Source: an uncultured Actinomycetes bacterium (lineage in GTDB: Bacteria > Actinomycetota > Acidimicrobiia > Spongiisociales > ZC4RG35). Taken from it: 64,000 bases of DNA. The stretch's first letter is position 1. The number at the start of each line of letters is the position of its first letter. Shown piece after piece: positions 27,588 to 37,027 of the stretch. Location: NCBI GenBank assembly GCA_963730285.1, contig CAVSQY010000010.1:2721-66720 (forward strand), written 5' to 3'. The notes under the pieces were generated by a model that was given only the letters and a program-made list of their open reading frames with translations, was not told the origin of the DNA and did not search any database. A program made the translations under genes and the position numbers.

Positions 27588-29239
27588 GTGACGCCAAGCC
27601 GGTCATAATCGCAGTCGACGACGAGCCCGAGGTCGTCCAGGCCATCCAGCGCGACCTGCGATCCCGCTATGCCAAGGATTACAGGGTGGTGTGGGCCAAT
27701 GACGGCCGGGAGGCGATCGAGACGTTGAAGACCCTCGCCATGCAGAACGACCCGGTCGCACTGATCCTGGTCGATCAGAGGATGCCCGGTGTCACCGGGA
27801 TCGACGTGTTGAAGGAGACCTTGGACCTCCATCCGGATGCCAAACGAGCCCTGCTCACCGCATACGCCGACACCGATGCGGCGATCAGCGCGATCAACGA
27901 GGTCGACCTGGACCACTACATCATGAAGCCGTGGGACCCGCCGGAGGATCGGCTCTATCCAATCCTGGACGACCTGCTCGAGGACTGGGCCGCCGGGTAT
28001 AGGCCTTCCTACGAGGGGCTGCGGGTCGTTGCCCAGCAATGGTCTCGCGAGGCACATGCGTTGAAGGCCTTCCTCGCCCGCAACCAGATTCCCTATCTCT
28101 CGCTCGACATCGACAACGACCCAAAGGCGGCTGTCCTTGCCGACGAGGCGGGGGCCGGGCCCGATCAGATGCCGATGGTGCTATTCCCGGAGGGGCCACC
28201 TCTGCTGCACCCGACGGCCACCGAGGTAGCCGAACGTGTCGGTCTCCGTGTGCATGCAACGGCCGACATATATGACGTCGTGATCGTCGGCGGTGGCCCG
28301 GCCGGCCTGGCGGCGGCGGTCTATGGCTCTAGCGAGGGGCTCAAGACATTGCTCATCGAGGAAGAGGCACCGGGAGGGCAAGCCGGGCAGAGCTCCCTCA
28401 TCGAGAACTACCTGGGTTTCCCGCGCGGGTTGAGCGGAGCAGACCTGGCTCGGCGTGCCACCTCCCAGGCGAAGCGACTTGGTGCCGAGATCCTGGTGCC
28501 CGGCACCGTTGCCGGAGTCACCAGGAAAGACCCGTACAAGCTGCTCGAGATGGCAGATGGCTCGGAGATCAGCTGCAAGTCACTCATCGTGGCCAGTGGA
28601 GTCTCTTATCGCCGACTGAACGCGGACGGGCTCGACGATCTCCTTGGGACCGGTGTCTACTATGGAACTTCGACCATCGAGGCCTCGACACACCGGGACC
28701 AGTCGATGTTCGTGGTTGGGGGAGGCAACTCGGCGGGGCAGGCATCGTTGTTCCTCTCCCGTTTCACCGATGCGGTCACCATCCTCATCAGGGGCCATGA
28801 CCTCACCGACTCGATGTCGAAGTACCTCATCGACAACCTCGAAGCCAACCCTGCCGTATCGGTGCGCCCCCGTTCCCAGGTCGTGTCTGGATTCGGCCAC
28901 GAGCGACTCGAAGCGCTGGTGATCAAAGACCTCGAAACCGACGTGGAGGAGAAGGTCGAGGCGGGCGCGGTGTTCATCTTCATCGGCCAGAAGGCACACA
29001 CCGACTGGCTCGGCCAGCTGGTGGCGCTCGACGATCGCAACTTCATCCTGACCGGGGAGGACATCGGCCAGGTCAAAGGATGGAACGTGGAGCGAGACCC
29101 GCTTCCACTTGAGACGAGCGTGCCCGGGATCTTCGCCGCCGGCGACGTCCGACATGGATCGATCAAGAGAGTGGCAGGAGCCGTGGGAGAGGGAGCCACC
29201 GCCATCAGGTTCGTGCACCAACACCTCGCTTCTCTGTGA
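27584..29239 (+). CDS. Response-regulator receiver fused to a thioredoxin-reductase-like flavoprotein (CxxC lost)
   Basis: REC domain (IIAVDDE, LILVDQRMPGVTG, MKPW), a thioredoxin-fold-like middle region and FAD/NAD(P) folds (VVIVGGGPAGLAAA, VVGGGNSAGQ, AAGDVR). The TrxB CATCDG position reads GTSTIE, and the whole protein has only one Cys. Confidence 0.85.
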   Translation: MSDAKPVIIAVDDEPEVVQAIQRDLRSRYAKDYRVVWANDGREAIETLKTLAMQNDPVALILVDQRMPGVTGIDVLKETLDLHPDAKRALLTAYADTDAAISAINEVDLDHYIMKPWDPPEDRLYPILDDLLEDWAAGYRPSYEGLRVVAQQWSREAHALKAFLARNQIPYLSLDIDNDPKAAVLADEAGAGPDQMPMVLFPEGPPLLHPTATEVAERVGLRVHATADIYDVVIVGGGPAGLAAAVYGSSEGLKTLLIEEEAPGGQAGQSSLIENYLGFPRGLSGADLARRATSQAKRLGAEILVPGTVAGVTRKDPYKLLEMADGSEISCKSLIVASGVSYRRLNADGLDDLLGTGVYYGTSTIEASTHRDQSMFVVGGGNSAGQASLFLSRFTDAVTILIRGHDLTDSMSKYLIDNLEANPAVSVRPRSQVVSGFGHERLEALVIKDLETDVEEKVEAGAVFIFIGQKAHTDWLGQLVALDDRNFILTGEDIGQVKGWNVERDPLPLETSVPGIFAAGDVRHGSIKRVAGAVGEGATAIRFVHQHLASL

Positions 29240-30582
29240 GCGCCATCTCGGAGGTGCTGAGGAGCCTCCCCTACTTCGCCGACCTCCCGGATTCCCTGCT
29301 GGACCAGGTATGTGAGCAATCCGAGGAGCTGAGTCTTCCACCGGGCAAGGTCATCATCCAAGAAGGATCCCACTCAGAGGACATGTTCGTGGTGGTCGAG
29401 GGAGAGCTTCGAGTGACCAAGGCGGGCTCCGATCGCGAGGTCGTGTTGGCCACACTCGGCCCTGGCGAGGTGGTTGGGGAGATTGCACTGCTCGATCGCG
29501 CACCACGAACCGCGAGCGTTACCACCGCGTCGCCGGCGAAGCTGATTCGGATCCCGGCAGGGGCATTCGAGACCTTGCTGGAGGACTCCCGGGTGGTCAG
29601 ACGCATGTTTGGCACCGTCACTTCACGACTTCGTGGCATCGAGGAGACACTTCGCCATGAGGAGCGAATGGCCGCCCTGGGCCGGATGGCCGCCCAGTTG
29701 ATGCACGAGCTCAACAATCCGGCGGCGGCGCTCAGCCGGACCATGGCAAGGACCCGAGAGGTCTACGAGGCGTTGGGCGAAGCGGCCTTCCGGTTGGCAG
29801 CCAGTGGTGAGGCCGGCGCCCTCGACGTGCCTTCGGCAAACCCACAACAGCTCGGCCCTCTCCAACGATCGGAGCAAGAGGACCAAGTCGGCACCTGGCT
29901 CGAGGATCTCGGCGTCGAGGATTGGTTCGAGTTGGCCTCGGCGCTCGTAGCCGACGGTTTCGAAGTCACCCAGCTGGAGGCAGCGGTCAAGGACCTGAAA
30001 CCTGACACAAGACGAGACTTCGCTCGCTGGCTGGGTTTGCGTTGTCTGGCGGCTCAGCTCCTCGACGAGGCGCGAATTGCCGTGGGGAGGATCTCCGAGC
30101 TGGTCCGAGTGGTCAAGAACTACTCGTTCCTCGACCAGGCGCCAATACAAGAGATCGACCCAACCGAAGGGATCAACGACACCCTCGTCCTGCTCAAGCA
30201 CAAGTTGCGCGGGATAGATGTCGTCCTCGACTTCGAGCCCGACCTGCCTCGGATCGAAGCTTCAGGCCGCGACCTGAATCAGGTGTGGACAAACCTCTTC
30301 GACAACGCAGGCGATGCCATGGACGGAAACGGAACGCTCACGATCTCTGCGGCCGCCGAAGAGGACAAAGTGGTCATCGAGGTCTCCGATACCGGGCCCG
30401 GCATGGACGAGACCACCCGACAAAAGGCATTCGACCCCTTCTTCACCACCAAGGAACCAGGCAAGGGCACCGGGCTCGGCCTCCACACTGTGCACACGAT
30501 CGTCAATCGCGCCGGTGGCACGATCGACATCGACTCCGATCCCTCGGGCACCACCTTCACCCTGGTCTTCCCCCGCTCCTGA
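29236..30582 (+). CDS. Cyclic-nucleotide-binding-domain histidine kinase
   Basis: N-terminal cNMP-binding fold (GEVVGEIALLDRAPRTASV), H-box LMHELNNPAAA and ATPase motifs NLFDNAGDAM, DTGPGM and GKGTGLGL. The GTG start overlaps the upstream stop (GTGA). Confidence 0.85.
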   Translation: MSAISEVLRSLPYFADLPDSLLDQVCEQSEELSLPPGKVIIQEGSHSEDMFVVVEGELRVTKAGSDREVVLATLGPGEVVGEIALLDRAPRTASVTTASPAKLIRIPAGAFETLLEDSRVVRRMFGTVTSRLRGIEETLRHEERMAALGRMAAQLMHELNNPAAALSRTMARTREVYEALGEAAFRLAASGEAGALDVPSANPQQLGPLQRSEQEDQVGTWLEDLGVEDWFELASALVADGFEVTQLEAAVKDLKPDTRRDFARWLGLRCLAAQLLDEARIAVGRISELVRVVKNYSFLDQAPIQEIDPTEGINDTLVLLKHKLRGIDVVLDFEPDLPRIEASGRDLNQVWTNLFDNAGDAMDGNGTLTISAAAEEDKVVIEVSDTGPGMDETTRQKAFDPFFTTKEPGKGTGLGLHTVHTIVNRAGGTIDIDSDPSGTTFTLVFPRS

Positions 30583-30647
30583 CGGTTAACCGTGAGGGGG
30601 GAATTCGGAAATTCCGTTTCCCTGACGGGGCGAAAAGGAGAACCGGG

Positions 30648-31502
30648 TTAGGGGCGGCGGAAGGCGGTCCCAGCTCGGGCCACGAGCACGTCAGATGGCG
30701 CTTCGGTGACCAGACCTTCCGCCACGGTTCCGAGGAGAACCATTCGGGTCGAAGTCGCGCCCCGACTCGAAACTGTTACCAGGTCGGCGCCACGTCTCCG
30801 AACCGCCTCTTCGATCGTCTTGGCGGGCGGCCCATCCACCACCAGTGTCCCAACCTTGCCTGCCCAATGTTGGGCAAACTCCTCCATTCGCTCCACCGCT
30901 TTTGCCAGTCGCACCTCGCGTGATGCCTCGATCTCTTCCTCGAACAGGCCTGCGTCGGCCAGTATCGGGTCGAATCGGGATGGCAATGAGTAGAGCGCCG
31001 TGACCTCGGCGTCGGGGAAGAGCTCGAGCGACCGATCGACGGCAACTCTCGACTGCTCGGAGAAGTCAGTGGCGGCGACGATGCGCCGGTACGGGACCCG
31101 TGGTTGCCGCCTCACGACCAGGGTGTCGGTGGTGGCCTTGCGCGCCACTCGTTTTGCGACAGGGCCGACCGAAAAGGCATCGATGGATGATGAGCCGACC
31201 ACCACCAGGTCGGCCTTCTTGCCACGTGCCGCCAGCTCCCACGATGGAGAGCCTTTGACCACGTCGAGCACCACCTCGATGTTCGTCCGCTCCTGCACCC
31301 ATGCAGCCAGCTTCTCGGCCTGCTCACTCTGGTGCTGTCGAAGAAGCCTGGCCAGTGGCGGCTCGATCATCGCCTCAGCGACCGGCTCGAGCACATGGAT
31401 CAAATTGAGCGTGGCGCCAGACGACTCCGCCATGATCCGGGCTCGGTCTGCGACCCGCCGACCCATGGCAGTTAGATCGACTCCGGCAACGACGACCTGC
31501 AA
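30648..31502 (-). CDS. Tandem universal stress protein (UspA family)
   Basis: Two Usp repeats are present. The C-terminal nucleotide-binding-like segment reads LVTVSSRGATSTRMVLLGTVAEGL. Confidence 0.8.
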   Translation of the reverse strand: MQVVVAGVDLTAMGRRVADRARIMAESSGATLNLIHVLEPVAEAMIEPPLARLLRQHQSEQAEKLAAWVQERTNIEVVLDVVKGSPSWELAARGKKADLVVVGSSSIDAFSVGPVAKRVARKATTDTLVVRRQPRVPYRRIVAATDFSEQSRVAVDRSLELFPDAEVTALYSLPSRFDPILADAGLFEEEIEASREVRLAKAVERMEEFAQHWAGKVGTLVVDGPPAKTIEEAVRRRGADLVTVSSRGATSTRMVLLGTVAEGLVTEAPSDVLVARAGTAFRRP

Positions 31503-31531
31503 ACAGCTCCTCCAGAGACCTGTCGGCGACT

Positions 31532-32209
31532 CTACAAGCTGGGCTCGGGTGCCGCGTCGCGAAAGGGATCGGGGCCTTCGAGGGCCATTTCCAGACGTTC
31601 CATATAGGCGTCACGGCCGACCACCACCGCACCGAGGGACTCGAGGTGTGGCGTTTGCCACTGGACGTCGATCATCCTCCCGCCGCCCTCACTGAGCACC
31701 ACGACCAGATGCACCAGCGCCACTTTGGATGCATCCCGGGAGAGATGGAACATCGACTCGCCGGCAAACAACCCGCCGATCGACACCCCATAGAGCCCAC
31801 CTGCCAGTTCCCCCTCGTCATCCCATACCTCGAATGAGTGTGCCCATCCCAGACGGTGGAGCTTCAGGTAAGCCTCGATGAATTCGTCGGTGATCCAGCC
31901 TTCCTCGCGGCTTGGATCGGCACAGGCCCTGATCACACCCTCGAAGTCGGAGTCGATGGAAACCTGGTAGCGCCGTGTCGATTGCCGGAGTGACCTGGTT
32001 ATGCGGAGCCGACTCATAGGGAGAATCGCCCGGTCCACCGGCGACCACCATCCGAGGTGTCCGTCGGGCAACTCCATGGGGAAGAGACCCTTCCTGTACG
32101 CCTGCAGCAAGGTGCCTGGCTCGAGGTCAGCACCCACGGCCACGACGTCACCGTCCCCAGGCTGTGGATCCGGCAGCGTCCATGCAGAGGGCTCGGGCTC
32201 AATGCTCAC
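31532..32209 (-). CDS. aat: Leucyl/phenylalanyl-tRNA--protein transferase
   Basis: LLQAYRKGLFPM, GWWSP, WITDEFIEAYLKLHRLGWAHSFEVW and GGLFAGESMFH are present. Confidence 0.85.
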   Translation of the reverse strand: MSIEPEPSAWTLPDPQPGDGDVVAVGADLEPGTLLQAYRKGLFPMELPDGHLGWWSPVDRAILPMSRLRITRSLRQSTRRYQVSIDSDFEGVIRACADPSREEGWITDEFIEAYLKLHRLGWAHSFEVWDDEGELAGGLYGVSIGGLFAGESMFHLSRDASKVALVHLVVVLSEGGGRMIDVQWQTPHLESLGAVVVGRDAYMERLEMALEGPDPFRDAAPEPSL

Positions 32210-32258
32210 GCCCCGATTGTGTCAGGGAGGACGCAACCGTGCCCGTAGTCTGGAGCGG

Positions 32259-33230
32259 ATGCGAGCTGTGATCTGTGATCGTTACCAGGGAATCGACGCC
32301 CTCCGGGTCGGCGATGCCCCCGAACCGGAGCCAGCAAGAGACGAAGTGCTGGTGGAGGTTGGAGCCGCAACGGTCAACTTCGCCGACACTCTGATGGTGG
32401 CGGGCGAATACCAGGTCAAGCCTGAACTGCCGTTCGTTCCCGGAAGCGAGTTCGCCGGGACTGTCATACGGCCCGATGCCGAGAGCCGCTTCCGCCAGGG
32501 CGAAAGGGTTATCGGCTTCGTCGGCTTTGGCGCCATGGCAGAGCGAGTTGTGGCCCACCCAAACCATCTCATGACACTGCCTGACGCGGTCTCGCTCGAA
32601 ACCGGGGCGTGCTTGCCCGTCGCCTATGGCACCGCCTACCACGCACTCGTCGACCGAGCGCGATTGGTGGAAGGCGAGAGCCTTCTCGTCCTGGGTGCCG
32701 CGGGTGGTGTTGGGATCGCCGCCACGGAGATCGGGAAGAAGCTGGGCGCCCGAGTCATCGCCGCGGTGTCCTCGGAGGAAAAGGAGGCGGCGGTGCGGAT
32801 GGCCGGAGCGGACGGCGTGATCCGCTACGACATGACACCGCTGAGAGAAGGGATCCAGACCCACATCGGCGGCTCTGGAGTGGATGTGGTGTTTGATCCG
32901 GTCGGAGGCGCCACGACTGAGCAGGCTCTCCGATCGACCGGGTGGAATGGGCGGCTGCTGGTGATCGGCTTCGCCTCGGGTCAGATCCCCTCCATCCCCC
33001 TCAACCTCAGTCTGGTCAAGGGGAATTCGATTGTCGGCGTGTTCTGGGGACGCTTCAACCTGGAGCAGCCGGAAAAGAGTACGGCCAACAACGAGAAGAT
33101 CATGGCCTGGATCGCCGATGGGTCGCTGAGCCCGATCGTGCAGAGGACCTTCCCGCTCGACGAAGCAGCCAACGCCCTGCGATGGGTCGCCGAGCGGAAC
33201 GTGGTTGGACGCGTGCTGATCGAGCCATGA
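32259..33230 (+). CDS. NADPH:quinone oxidoreductase / zeta-crystallin-family MDR
   Basis: The protein starts MRAVICDRY..LVEVGAATVNFADTLMVAGEYQ. The cofactor motif VLGAAGGVGIAATEIGKKLGARVIA is present. The upstream part of the ORF overlaps aat on the other strand. Confidence 0.8.
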   Translation: MRAVICDRYQGIDALRVGDAPEPEPARDEVLVEVGAATVNFADTLMVAGEYQVKPELPFVPGSEFAGTVIRPDAESRFRQGERVIGFVGFGAMAERVVAHPNHLMTLPDAVSLETGACLPVAYGTAYHALVDRARLVEGESLLVLGAAGGVGIAATEIGKKLGARVIAAVSSEEKEAAVRMAGADGVIRYDMTPLREGIQTHIGGSGVDVVFDPVGGATTEQALRSTGWNGRLLVIGFASGQIPSIPLNLSLVKGNSIVGVFWGRFNLEQPEKSTANNEKIMAWIADGSLSPIVQRTFPLDEAANALRWVAERNVVGRVLIEP

Positions 33231-34339
33231 GCCACTTCGTCGTAATCGGCGGAGGCATGGCGGGCGTCTCCGCAGCCGCTCACCTCGCGCCACATGGGTC
33301 GGTGACCCTCCTCGAGATGGAGTCGACCCTGGCCGCACACACCACTGGTCGCTCGGCCGCGCTGTTCGTCGTCAACTACGGAGGCCAAGCCTCCCGACCT
33401 CTGGCTGTGGCCAGCGAGGCATTCTTGAGAGACCCTCCCGTGGGCGCGGCCGATGGCCCGCTCGTGTCGCCAAGAGGCGCCTTGTGGGTCGCCGAGGACG
33501 ACCAGCAGGAGCACCTCAGCCGGATCGCCGCCGAGGGCCAAGCCTCGGGTGCCGGCTCGGAGCTCATCGATCCAGACGCCGTCTTGAGTCTTGTTCCCGT
33601 GATGCGATCGGAGACGTTGGCTGGGGGCCTCTATGAGCCGACTGCCATGGACATCGATGTGGCAGCGTTGCATCAGGCCTTTGTCCGACTGTCCCGCCGC
33701 AACGGAGCCGAGATCCGGACAAATGCACCCGTTGTCTCGTTGACCCGACGCGCGTCCGGGTGGAGCGTGTCGACCGCCGACGAATCGATCGACTGCGACG
33801 TCGTCGTCAATGCATCGGGCGCCTGGGGCGATGTGGTTGCGGGAATGGCCGGCATCAAGCCGATCGGGCTGGAGCCAAGGCGGCGCACCGCCTTCATGGT
33901 CCCTGGTGCTCAGACCTACTCGTCTTGGCCCATGGTGGTGGACGTAGACCATCGCTACTACTTCAAGCCCGATGGGTCCCAAATTCTGTGCTCACTCAGC
34001 GAGGAGGAGCCGGACCAGCCGGGCGACCCACGACCACGCATCGAAGATGTCGCTTTGGCCATCGAACGCATCAACCAGGCCACCATCCTGGACATCCGCA
34101 CGGTCAACTCACAGTGGACCGGTCTCCGCACCTTTGCACCAGACGGCGATCTGGTCATCGGTGAGGAGGCCACGGCATCGGGGTTCTTTTGGCTGGTGGG
34201 ACAAGGAGGAACCGGCATCATGACCGCACCGGGGTATGGATCTCTGCTCGCCGCCCTGATCGTGGGATCGGGACTCCCGGTCGAATGTGAGCGAGCCGGC
34301 GTCGACCCCGCTCTCACAGACCCCGGGCGGTTTCGATAA
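33227..34339 (+). CDS. FAD-dependent oxidoreductase (DAO family)
   Basis: MSHFVVIGGGMAGVSAAAHL (GxGxxG) is present. ATG 33227 overlaps the upstream stop (ATGA). Confidence 0.8.
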   Translation: MSHFVVIGGGMAGVSAAAHLAPHGSVTLLEMESTLAAHTTGRSAALFVVNYGGQASRPLAVASEAFLRDPPVGAADGPLVSPRGALWVAEDDQQEHLSRIAAEGQASGAGSELIDPDAVLSLVPVMRSETLAGGLYEPTAMDIDVAALHQAFVRLSRRNGAEIRTNAPVVSLTRRASGWSVSTADESIDCDVVVNASGAWGDVVAGMAGIKPIGLEPRRRTAFMVPGAQTYSSWPMVVDVDHRYYFKPDGSQILCSLSEEEPDQPGDPRPRIEDVALAIERINQATILDIRTVNSQWTGLRTFAPDGDLVIGEEATASGFFWLVGQGGTGIMTAPGYGSLLAALIVGSGLPVECERAGVDPALTDPGRFR

Positions 34340-35360
34340 TCCTGCGCACTCCGATCCGGCCACATGCCACACTCGGAGGGTGGAAGACCCTGTATCGGTG
34401 AACGGCCTCAGCAAGACCTTCAAGGTCCCCGTGAGGGACACCGGGCTCAGAGAGTCGGTGCGGAGCCTGTTCAACCGGCAGTTCAAGGACGTAAAAGCGG
34501 TCCGCGAGATCTCTTTCAGCCTCGAGACAGACGAGATCGTCGGGTTTCTCGGTCCCAATGGGGCCGGGAAGACCACCACCATAAAGATGCTCACCGGCCT
34601 GCTCTTCCCGAGTGAAGGCGACGCCCGGGTCCTCGGCCACCAGCCTTGGAAACGCGAGAGAGAGCTTCTTCGGAGGATCTCACTTGTGATGGGGCAGCGG
34701 AACAATCTGGCATGGGATCTGCCCGCGGTCGACTCATTTGAGCTCAATCGAGCCATCTACGGAATCCCGGATAGAGAGTTTCGCCAGCGGGTCGATGAGT
34801 ACGTGGAGCGTCTCGACGTCCAGGACCTCCTGACCAAGCCGGTGCGCAATCTCTCCCTGGGGGAGCGAATGAAGATGGAAATCGTGGCGGCGCTGCTCCA
34901 CGGGCCCGAAGTCCTCTTTCTGGACGAGCCGACCATTGGCCTCGATGTCACCATGCAGCGAAAGCTCCGCCAATTCATCCTCGACTACAACAAGGAATAC
35001 GGGGCGACTGTGCTCCTGACCAGCCACTACATGGCCGACGTCTCCGCCATGGCCGAGCGAGTCGTGGTGATCGATCATGGCTCCATCCTCTATGACGGGG
35101 CGCTCACCGGTCTGGCAGAGAAGTTCACCACCCACAAGACCATCCGGATCGAAGCCATCGACCTCCCCGCCGACCTGGCCCAACTGGGGACCATCACGGA
35201 GAGCGCGCCGGGTCGGGTGACTCTGGAAGTCGAGCGCGATCGAGTGTCGGCGGTTGCATCGCGGCTCCTATCCGAGGCGACTGTCACCGACCTCGCCATC
35301 GAGGAGGTTCCGCTCGAGGATGTGATCGATCGAGTCTTCTCCGAGGCGCATGGGGAATGA
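34287..35360 (+). CDS. ABC transporter ATP-binding protein (ABC-2 type trio)
   Basis: Walker A GPNGAGKTTT, signature LSLGERMKMEI and Walker B LFLDEPTIGLD are present. The start is uncertain: 34287 overlaps the upstream gene by 53 nt, and in-frame GTGs at 34380 and 34398 are alternatives. Confidence 0.8.
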   Translation: MSEPASTPLSQTPGGFDNPAHSDPATCHTRRVEDPVSVNGLSKTFKVPVRDTGLRESVRSLFNRQFKDVKAVREISFSLETDEIVGFLGPNGAGKTTTIKMLTGLLFPSEGDARVLGHQPWKRERELLRRISLVMGQRNNLAWDLPAVDSFELNRAIYGIPDREFRQRVDEYVERLDVQDLLTKPVRNLSLGERMKMEIVAALLHGPEVLFLDEPTIGLDVTMQRKLRQFILDYNKEYGATVLLTSHYMADVSAMAERVVVIDHGSILYDGALTGLAEKFTTHKTIRIEAIDLPADLAQLGTITESAPGRVTLEVERDRVSAVASRLLSEATVTDLAIEEVPLEDVIDRVFSEAHGE

Positions 35361-36178
35361 CCAGACCTCGGACAGAGTTCAGTCTCCCCCGCTACTACCT
35401 CGCCGGGGCCCGATTCGGCTTCCAACGCGAGATCCAATACCGCGGTGCGACCCTGATGATGCTCGTCGGTTTTCTCGTCGAGCCAGTGGTGTACCTCGCC
35501 GTGTGGACGAGCGTCTCCCGCGCCCAGGGAGGCTCGATATCCGGCTACACCACCGGGGCCCTGGCCGCCTACTACATCGTCTGGACACTGGTCCGCGTCT
35601 TCAACCTCGCATTCGACCCGAACGCCTGGGAATGGCGGATCCGTCGCGGTCGGATGAACGACTTCCTGAGCCAGCCCATTCATCCCTTCCACCGCGACGC
35701 GAGCTTCTTCGCCGGCTCGAAGTTCGTCTGGACCGCCCTCTGGATCCCGGTCGCGCTGGTCCTCACCGTGGCTTTCAGACCGGAGATCGAATGGCACGTG
35801 ATCAACGTGGTTGCCTTCGTGGTGGCCATCTGGGGCGGTTTCGTCGTGCGATTCATCCTTCTCTACCTGATGGGGATGGTGAACTTCTGGACGACGCGGG
35901 GTGCGGCCGTGTTCGGGATCATCGTGGCGGCTGAGCTCATGCTGTCCGGGCGCCTGGTGCCTCTCGACCTGATGCCGGAATGGGTAGCAAATCTCGCCAA
36001 TTGGTTCCCTTTCAAATGGACCTTCCAATTCCCCATAGAGGTGTTCATCGGCCGGCTCACCCCCGGCGAGATCGGGACGGGACTGCTCGCCCAAGTTCTG
36101 TGGGCACTCGGAATGGGTGTCGTCCTGGCATGGGTGTGGCGCCACGCCATCAAGCGCTATGCGGCGGTGGGCAATTGA
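35357..36178 (+). CDS. ABC-2 family permease
   Basis: Polytopic 273-aa protein coupled to the ATPase gene by an ATGA overlap. Confidence 0.7.
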   Translation: MTRPRTEFSLPRYYLAGARFGFQREIQYRGATLMMLVGFLVEPVVYLAVWTSVSRAQGGSISGYTTGALAAYYIVWTLVRVFNLAFDPNAWEWRIRRGRMNDFLSQPIHPFHRDASFFAGSKFVWTALWIPVALVLTVAFRPEIEWHVINVVAFVVAIWGGFVVRFILLYLMGMVNFWTTRGAAVFGIIVAAELMLSGRLVPLDLMPEWVANLANWFPFKWTFQFPIEVFIGRLTPGEIGTGLLAQVLWALGMGVVLAWVWRHAIKRYAAVGN

Positions 36179-36972
36179 CCGGCCCCGCCGGCCCTATCCG
36201 GCTCGCGGCGCTCCATTTGAAGCTGGGGGCCTTGAACGAGCTGCAGTATCGGGCCAACTTCTGGGTGCAATTGCTGAATTCGGTGATCGGCCTCGGGACC
36301 GGGATCCTCGCCATCGCCATCGTCTACAGCCAGACGGACACGCTCGGTGGCTGGTCGGCCGACGAGCTCCTCGCCGTGATGGGGGTTCACCTCATGGTGG
36401 GTGGCTTTCTCAGAGCTCTGGTCCAGCCCAACATGTGGCAGCTCCTCGAGGACGTTCGCGAGGGGACGCTGGACTACACGCTCACCCGACCGGCGGATTC
36501 CCAGCTATTGGTGAGCGTCCGCCAATTCTCACTCTGGAGCCTCGTGGATGTCGTCCTCGGCCTTGGAGTTGTCGTGTGGTCGGTGACCAGGATCAGCTCG
36601 ACCGTGGGCTGGCTCAACGGCGCAGGGTTCGTGCTGGCCCTGATCTGCGGGACGATCATCGTCTACTCGATATGGATCTCGGCGGCGACCCTCGCCTTCA
36701 AGGTCGTCCAGATAGACAACCTGATGCAGCTGATGAGCGGTATATACGAGGCGGGCCGTTGGCCGGTTGGCATCTATCCGGGATGGCTCCGAGGCGCCCT
36801 CACCTTTTTGATTCCCTTGGCCTTCGCCGTCACGGTGCCCGCAGAAGCGCTCAGTGCACGGATCGAATGGTCGTGGCTCGCCCTGGCGGTTGGCGTGGCG
36901 ATCGTGACCATGGTCGGCTCCCGCGCAGTTTGGCGCTGGGGCATTCGCAACTACTCGGGCGCTTCGGCCTGA
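36175..36972 (+). CDS. ABC-2 family permease (second subunit)
   Basis: An in-frame TTG at 36175 overlaps the upstream stop (TTGA). The product is polytopic (LNELQYRANFWVQLLNSVIGLGTGILAIAIVY...). Confidence 0.65.
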   Translation: MTGPAGPIRLAALHLKLGALNELQYRANFWVQLLNSVIGLGTGILAIAIVYSQTDTLGGWSADELLAVMGVHLMVGGFLRALVQPNMWQLLEDVREGTLDYTLTRPADSQLLVSVRQFSLWSLVDVVLGLGVVVWSVTRISSTVGWLNGAGFVLALICGTIIVYSIWISAATLAFKVVQIDNLMQLMSGIYEAGRWPVGIYPGWLRGALTFLIPLAFAVTVPAEALSARIEWSWLALAVGVAIVTMVGSRAVWRWGIRNYSGASA

Positions 36973-37027
36973 GGATGTCGCCCTCCCCCACAGGTCAAGG
37001 ACGGCGACGACCGCAATCTCTCGTCGA

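Noticed and set aside
27584-29239. Bona fide thioredoxin-disulfide reductase
   Set aside because: The CxxC redox centre is replaced (GTSTIE in place of CATCDG), and the protein has only one cysteine in total.
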